A DNA stretch of 63,371 nt, filler included. It is 4 parts of 4 records of this genome, joined end to end, with 100 filler letters (N's around TTAATTAATTAA, not from the genome) between each part and the next. Parts side by side here need not be neighbours in the genome. Positions count along the whole stretch, not along the records: positions 49,771 to 63,371 come from SRR22947725_587; 3 more parts are not named here. The stretch is one strand, 5' to 3'. The position numbers and the translations under genes were made by a program. Positions within the stretch are counted from its first letter, which is position 1. Every line of letters begins with the position of its first letter. The notes beneath the pieces are model-generated. The model did no database searches. It was given only the letters and a program-made list of their open reading frames with translations, and was not told where the DNA came from. Shown here piece after piece: positions 63,315 to 63,371 of this stretch.

Positions 63315-63371
63315 TTATTTTTTTGTACGCTCAGATATTGTGGGAGCTGGTTTCATTTCCATATCCCATGG
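63315..63371 (-). CDS. 3' end of a gene entering from beyond the window (possibly xanthine phosphoribosyltransferase)
   Basis: PWDMEMKPAPTISERTKK*; PWD resembles the Gpt C-terminal WIxFPWD motif, but only 18 aa are visible. Confidence 0.35.
   Translation of the reverse strand, partial: PWDMEMKPAPTISERTKK

Noticed and set aside
63330-63371. TGGGA...TCCCA hairpin at the window end as a possible ncRNA
   Set aside because: Better explained as the coding 3' end of a minus-strand gene; too little sequence to judge.

Overview
This window is not one continuous locus. It is four contigs joined by identical synthetic 100-bp linkers (44 N + TTAATTAATTAA + 44 N) at 15342-15441, 35257-35356 and 49671-49770. 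Contig A (1-15341) is from a low-GC, probably marine, Flavobacteriales genome. It holds housekeeping genes (lipid kinase, holB, pgk, mltD-like, tatA, M23, GH3-family acyl-adenylate enzyme) and the start of a Wzx/Wzy-type glycan locus that contains a sulfotransferase and two O-antigen-ligase/Wzy-like genes. Contig B (15442-35256), also flavobacterial, carries a polysaccharide utilization locus: SusC, SusD, an interposed CDP-alcohol phosphotransferase, a divergent GH10, GH3, a sulfatase, a CE6/SASA esterase, a small secreted unknown protein and a T9SS-secreted GH5-CBM. Beside it lie a VPS10/BNR protein, an FAD oxidoreductase and partial ptrB. Contigs C (35357-49670) and D (49771-63371) are streamlined low-GC alphaproteobacterial core genome (ettA to ftsZ; ffs-dnaX-recR to rnpA-rpmH). 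The best candidates for novelty are the putative sulfated/acetylated xylan or beta-glycan PUL with its atypical GH10, the sulfated surface-glycan cluster, and a dnaX with no canonical start codon upstream of its conserved N-terminus. No rRNA, tRNA, CRISPR array or mobile element was seen. All calls come from motif and synteny recognition by eye; no database searches were run.
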